Positions 58,301 to 64,000 of a stretch of DNA of 64,000 nucleotides are shown here, piece by piece. The stretch lies in NCBI GenBank assembly GCA_907165135.1, contig OU015568.1:5642001-5706000 (forward strand), in the 5' to 3' direction. The notes below the pieces were generated by a model. It was not told where the DNA came from. It did not search any database and saw only the letters and a program-made list of their open reading frames with translations. Position 1 is the first letter of the stretch, and every line of letters begins with the position of its first letter. Both the position numbers and the translations under genes were made by a program. The DNA comes from Oikopleura dioica (taxonomy: Eukaryota; Animalia; Chordata).

Positions 58301-61300
58301 ATCTCATTATTTTTTCAAGAGCCGACGTAGAGGAGCAACAGTCTGAGATATTGATCATGGGCCACGAAAGTGGCAGCTTGAAATTCTGGGTGCTTGGTTC
58401 TTCTTCAATGTCTACTTTGTCAAGTTCCAAAAAACTCATGTTTCCAAGTCCAGACAGCAAAGAATAAGGGTGTCACTAAGTTAACCCTCAAAAAAGCTGC
58501 TGTTTTTTTGGAACTTTGAAAGGCAAAAATCAACACAGCCGACCTGTTCGACCCGCAAAGCATCGCTGGTCTCATTGACACAGGTATCATCGCCGAAAAA
58601 ATCGGAGAAAATAATCAAGAAAAATAAGATTGCGAAGAGCCGCTGGCAATTATGTCGATTGAACTGTGTTTGCATACCCAGACACTAGCCGTCTGCGGCG
58701 CCGCTGGCCACGTGCTCGTCTTCAACTTTGACAACTGCCTCCTCGAGCGAGTGACTTCCCTCGCGAGGGTAACCATCGACACGGTTTTGGAGGACATCAA
58801 TTTGAAGGGAGCAATTATGACAGCGGCACAGAGGGGAGATGCCATCTCAGGAAAGGGGATGAATGATGAGGCGACACTGGTTATTTCGCTGAATGGCGCT
58901 GAATGTCGCTAAATGTCGCCGAATGTCGTTAAATGTCGCCAAATGTCGCTGAATGTCGCCGAAAATCGCCGAATATTGCTAAATGTCGCCAAATGTCGCC
59001 AAAAATAAAAAATGGCGACATTCAGCGACAGTCGGCGACATTTAGCGACATTTAGCGACATTCGGCGAGATTAAGCGACATTTTGCAACATTTGGCAACA
59101 TTAAGCGACATTTGGCGAGATTCAGCGATATTCCGCGACATTTGGCGACATTCGTCGGCATTCAGCGACATTCGGCAATATTCGGCGACATGACCAGTGC
59201 GCTCCTAATGATGACCCTGACTCAGGTTTTCCACAAAGTTTTCTGAGCCAAGCAGAGCACCCCACATTTTCTTTATTTCTAAATTTAACATCCCAGACAA
59301 AGACTTCGATCAAATCTGCAGCAACAAAGTGGCAATTTTCAACTCGTCGCAGCACTCGAGTGTTTGGAAAGCGAGGATGATCTGGCTAAAATCTTCTCTC
59401 TGGTCGGGGTTGATCGCAGCGTTCAATCTATCGCTCAGGCGATAGACTGTCTAGTTAATCTGATCAACCCTTTTTGAGTCGATCAACACGCACTGGGGAA
59501 TTGTGGTAGTTGGAACGACAAATGGCGTCATTGTTTTTGACTACATTCAAAAGTAAGAAATTGCAAAATTGTCAAAAATGCCATCAAATTGCAGGAAGAA
59601 GATTCTGGCCATGTCTACTGCTGATTTACAGACATCAATCGATAGCAGAGCGAGTCGGTCCAAATCTCAAGGTTCATAAGTCCATTTATTTATTCAGAAA
59701 ACTACAGTACTCAATCAGTGGATCGATCTTCCTCCCTTTTCTTAATCCCTTTTTTCTAGGCTTGACGGACATAATCGAAATGGAAAACCAAAAATCACTG
59801 GACAATGAGCAAATCAAGCCCCAATCTTCGCCAAACGCGAGGAGGGGCTGGCGAACTTCGAAGGTTTTTTCGTGGAAGTCCTCTATGTCTTCGGGCAAGT
59901 CTTCTATTGCCTCATCGATGGCGTCCTCCGACGGAAGTTTTTCGCAGTCTCTGGCGACTTCGATTGATGATCACTCGATGGCGAGCAGTTGTAATCGGCT
60001 CAACTCTATCTACGACGGTTAATTCTAAGGGGGAAATTTTTGAGGATTTTTGTTTTTAGATTCGGTGATCTCCGACAGTGGGGATGCGATAAACTGCTTG
60101 GAGACCTGCATAACACCGGAGAAAAAGGAAGCGGGGGCCAACGATTTGGCTCGGCTTCCAGTCAGGAAAAGTAATGAGCCTTTCACTCTCCGTCCCAACT
60201 TCGGGTGACAGATCAAGCTTGCCTCTCATCTGCACACCGACAGGTTAGCATCGATTTTTCAGCTTTCCAGAAAATATATGCTCGCTTTTTCTCGGAAAAA
60301 CGCTTCATTAAAACCCTGCCTCAGGATTTCTACACAGGTTCCCGAGCTCTCATTATATCTTTCTAGGCCAAATAATCTGCTTGCGCTCCCCTTTGGTGTC
60401 GATCCTCTTCTTCGAATCCGACCGAATCATATCCTGTACAAATGCCCAGAACAAACTGCCAGATGCTGAGAAATTCTACAATATAATCGCCGCCGAGCGA
60501 CAGATAAAGGTAGCAAGCGACCCTTTCCATTATGTTGATAGCATATCTTTTGAGGTGGTGAGCGCCTGCTCGAGGAACAACAAAGATGTAAATATTGCTC
60601 CCGAGGACTTTGGACTGCTTTATAAGGTGCAAGGCGTGGAGGTTGGAAATACAAGTTATTTGGCTTGTTTTTCGACAGCTGGGAATATTCTGTTTTATTC
60701 CTTGCCAGGGTAAGTGCAAACTTTCTTTGTATTAAACCTGAGTCAGGGTCATCTAAGTCAGTTTCAGACAATGACTCAGGTTTTCCAGTCAGGTCGGGAG
60801 CTTACTGAAACTTTGCTCGGAATCCTGTGTTGAAAACCTGAGTCAGTTTCTAAAAGGCTTAATGAAAGCCTGACTCAGGTTTTCTACACAGGTTTCCGAA
60901 TCCAGTTTCAGTAAGCTCCGCGACCTGTGTTGAAAACCTGAGTCAGGCTTTCATTAAGCCTTTTTAGAAACTGACTCAGGTTTTCAACACAGGATTCCGA
61001 GCAAAGTTTCAGTAAGCTCCCCGACCTGACTGGAAAACCTGAGTCATTGTCTGAAACTGACTCAGATGACCCTGACTCAGGTTTTTCACACAGATTTCCA
61101 GGCTTACTAAAATCCTGTCTAAAGATGTCCACCCTTTTTGCAAAAGAGTAACAAATAATTCAGCCTGAAACTACTCCTCAATGTTTCATACGTTCCCCGC
61201 GTGAATCAAAGAATCCTCTCGACCATGAGTTTCATCAACAACGGCCGCGGCACTTATCTAATGAGCCCCTTCGAAATCCAACACTTTTGCTACACAAAGG

Positions 61301-62987
61301 TAAAACTCACCAATTCACCCCTGATTCCACAAATTGTGATTACTGAAGGAGTCTTTCGACGAACAAAGCCGCCATCAGCCGAAATTGATCCGCGAAGTTG
61401 CTCTTCGAGACCGCCCCTCGACATCGTTTTTCGGCTCCATTTTCTCAAGTCGGACGAATTCGAACAATCGAAGTGAACTTTTTGGCGAAACGAAAAATTC
61501 TTCTCAAATTGCTACTTTTATTCCCGGCGATTTGGACCGAGAAACATCAGGATTAGCAGGCAAGAACGCCCCTCGTCTCGGAAAAACCTGACTCGGGTTC
61601 TGATGACTAGGGTAAGTCACTAATAATTGAGCTTTTTTCTAGCTTAGTAGGGTGGGAGTATAATACCTTTTAGAATCCCCAGAAGCTAAGGATCATTTTG
61701 ACTATTGATAGTGGGGGTCATCTCGTACCCTGAGGGCATTTAGGGGCCTCCAAAGTCAAAAAATCTGGCCAATTTCGGAAATTTTAATTTTTGACCGCCC
61801 GGACTGACTTTTAGAGCAAGCGGCTATGCTAGAATTGTAGCCTAGGCTCTGACGGTCATTTTGAAGGGTCGAAAAGTACTGATACCCCCATTCCAGAGGC
61901 GCTAGAGGCCTCCGAAGTTGGGAAGTCGGCCGAAAATAGGTACTTTTTGGGAAAAGTACGCATTTTCCTTCGCGGATGCTTAAAAACTCTTGTTATCAGT
62001 CTTTTATTTATTTTTAGGTTAATGACACTGTTTGGGGTCATCTGAGGTCACTTGAGGTCATAAATCATATTTTCAAGTTTTTTTAATATCTTCACCTCAA
62101 GTGACCTCAGATGACCTCAAACTGTGTCTTCAACCTCAAACATTAAAGAAAGACTGATAACAAGAGTTTTTGAAGCATCAGTGAAGGAAAATGCGTACTT
62201 TTCCCAAAAGCACCTATTTTCGGCCGACTTCCCAACTTCGGAGGCATCTAGCGCCTCTGGAATGGGGGTATCAGTATTTTTCGACCTCAAAATGACCGTC
62301 AGAGCCTAAGCTACAATTCTAGCATAGCCGCTGGCTCTAGAAAGCCAGTCCGGGCGGTCAAAAATTCAAATTTCCAAAGTTGGCCAGATTTTGGGACTTT
62401 GGAGGCCCCTTAATGCCCTCAGGGTACGAGATGACCCCCTATTATCAATAGTCAAAATGATCCTTAGCTTCTGTGGATTCTAAAAAGGTATTATACTACC
62501 ACCCTACTAAGCTAGAAAAAAAGCTCAATTATTAGTGATTTACCCTACTGATGACCCTAAATGAAAAGCCGCGCAGCGGCTTTTTTCAAAAACGAAGCCG
62601 CGTAGCGGCTTCGCCAAATTGTCATTTCAACCTTTTCTTTAATACTTTGCGGCTTCGTTTTTGAAAAAGCCGCTTCGCGGCTTTTCATTTATCGTCTTCA
62701 AAACCTGAGTCAGGTTTTAAACACAGGTTTCCGAGCGCGGATCATCCATTTATTGCTAATTTTTCAATTTCTTATTCAGGAGAATTGGCGAAAATGCGGC
62801 AAAACGTAATGAAGCGTCAGGAAAATCTACAATCCTGCACTGACGAGACTGAAAAAATGAAGGAAAGTGCAAGTCAATTTCAAACAAATGCGAAGCAGCT
62901 CAAAGAGAAGGTGAAAAACAGGAAGTTTTTTAAGATTTACTTACGTTCTATTTTCAGTTCAAGACAAAAAAATGGTTTCAGCTTTGA
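55331..62987 (+). CDS. STXBP5: Tomosyn / syntaxin-binding protein 5 (WD40 repeats + C-terminal R-SNARE)
   Basis: GFPTGASSFDIDPVQELVVIG|TRFGAVRIFGRKGV, WLFVGTEKGNIHIV, WHHEGKQFMTGHKDG, DIHESPVTAV and the C-terminal GELAKMRQNV...KKWFQL*. The start codon is approximate. Confidence 0.9.
55441..55832. mobile_element. Palindromic TTAA-targeting MITE (GG termini) containing a TGAGTCA-family MITE
   Basis: TTAA|GGGGGTAGGCATCG ... CGATGCCTACCCC|TTAA. Confidence 0.8.
57717..57855. repeat. (AATAT)n microsatellite in a tomosyn intron
   Basis: ~28 perfect pentamer units. Confidence 0.97.
58875..59199. repeat. Foldback of 10-bp GAATGTCGCC units (intronic, MITE-like)
   Basis: The array flips orientation at ~59005. 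Ends are CACTGGT / ACCAGTG. Confidence 0.85.
60736..61085. repeat. Near-perfect inverted duplication of a MITE cluster (intronic hairpin)
   Basis: 60736-60892 is the reverse complement of ~60924-61085. Confidence 0.85.
61608..62547. mobile_element. hAT-like foldback element (~460-bp arms), 8-bp TSD CTGATGAC
   Basis: TAGGGTAAGTCACTAATAATTGAGC ... GCTCAATTATTAGTGATTTACCCTA. TSD at 61600-61607 and 62548-62555. Confidence 0.92.
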
Positions 62988-63147
62988 ATTCCTGGAATAA
63001 AATATTAAAACTAATAATCTATTGTAAATAAAAAACCACGAAGAAACATTTATATTTTTTGATGAATGTTTTACTAAATTTTTAATGGTAATACTTATAA
63101 GAGAAAAGCTAAGAATAGTTTCTTCTATTTTTTGTTTTTTTAGTTTT

Positions 63148-64000
63148 TCAGACGCAATAGTTCGCAGGAACTCCAAGAATAACAGGAAACGAACTTCTGT
63201 CGGCATTTCCAACGACTCGTTGATTGATCAGTCGATTTCTGTCAAAATCCAGTCGTTCGATTGCATAAGGACTATCGTAGCCAGGGACGATGAAAATTGA
63301 ATTTTCCATCATAATTGCAGAAACAGCATAGCAAGCCTCAATTCAGATCAAAATCTTTGACAGCTTAAGAAACTAACGTGTTGAAGATTGCCGATTTTTC
63401 CCCAAATATCGTTTTCAAGAAGCCAAATTGCTTTTTGTCTTTCTGACACATCCCTTCCCCCGGCGAGCAAAAGACTTCCACTTGGAAGGCCCATCAGAGC
63501 ATGAAAATATGTTTGTCTTTAATAATAATAATAAATAAAGGATTTTTTTTCAATACCTCTTCGGGAAATCGGGTAAACTTGTCCATCCCGAAGAACCAAG
63601 GGTCTCGACTTTATTACTTTCATGACCGTAAGAATCTCCAACAGTAGTCGGCTTTCCTTTATAGAGACCGAGGTTTCCTCCCCAATGACCATAATTTGAA
63701 GAGAAAGTTTCGCTTGAAAATTCTCCATCAAAATCGTCACATCTGTTGTAATCGAAGACATCAAAGCAAATTATTGCTTTTTGTCCATCATCGACTGAAA
63801 GCGCTGCAGAGCCCATCGAGAATCTATTGATCAATCGAGTTTGCTGTACTGTCCAAGTGCAGCCTTCCAGTTTCGCGATCTAGACTCAATTATTCTCAAA
63901 ATTCTACATTTTCTTACTTTTTGTGAATCCGGCCATCCTGCAAAAATGAAAAGCTCATTTTTGACAAGAGCATGTGGAGCGTATAAAAGATAGTCATAGC
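63148..64000 (-). CDS. 3' part of a third, more divergent kelch-like propeller family paralog (runs off the window)
   Basis: ICFD..C..FDG..H.G.LGLYKGKPTTVG..VETL..GW..LPDFP, GLPSGSLLLAGG and ERLDFD..FPVILGVPANYCV* parallel the C-termini of copies A and B. Confidence 0.75.

Overview
Eukaryotic, AT-rich, compact-genome DNA with ~40-bp introns, non-canonical GA/GC splice donors and a Tor-like env-bearing Ty3/gypsy element. This points to the appendicularian tunicate Oikopleura dioica or a relative (inference). The left 36 kb holds two tandem copies of one minus-strand, multi-exon gene (Cys-rich + Ser/Thr stalk + kelch-like propeller): copy A ~1.3-10.5 kb and copy B ~13.9-35.9 kb. Each copy carries different transposon insertions, so each supplies the empty site for the other. 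Insertions include an apparently intact 4-exon Mutator/MULE element (5566-8610), many TIR MITEs (8/9-bp, TA and TTAA TSDs) nested several deep, and a very young full-length gag-pol-env LTR element (23071-31881). A dead pogo-like element (11715-13563) lies between the copies. The right 28 kb is gene-dense: ABHD14-like hydrolase, small unknown genes, ABAT, CNDP2, GCN2/EIF2AK4 (these three on minus), tomosyn/STXBP5 (plus) and the 3' end of a third propeller-family paralog. The most intriguing signals are: hAT-like elements inside conserved exons that could be spliced out in frame (GCN2 kinase domain); a CRISPR-dimensioned palindromic repeat-spacer array inside the LTRs; an abruptly cytosine-free last exon in the MULE transposase; and a GCN2-CNDP2-ABAT run that may be functionally linked.
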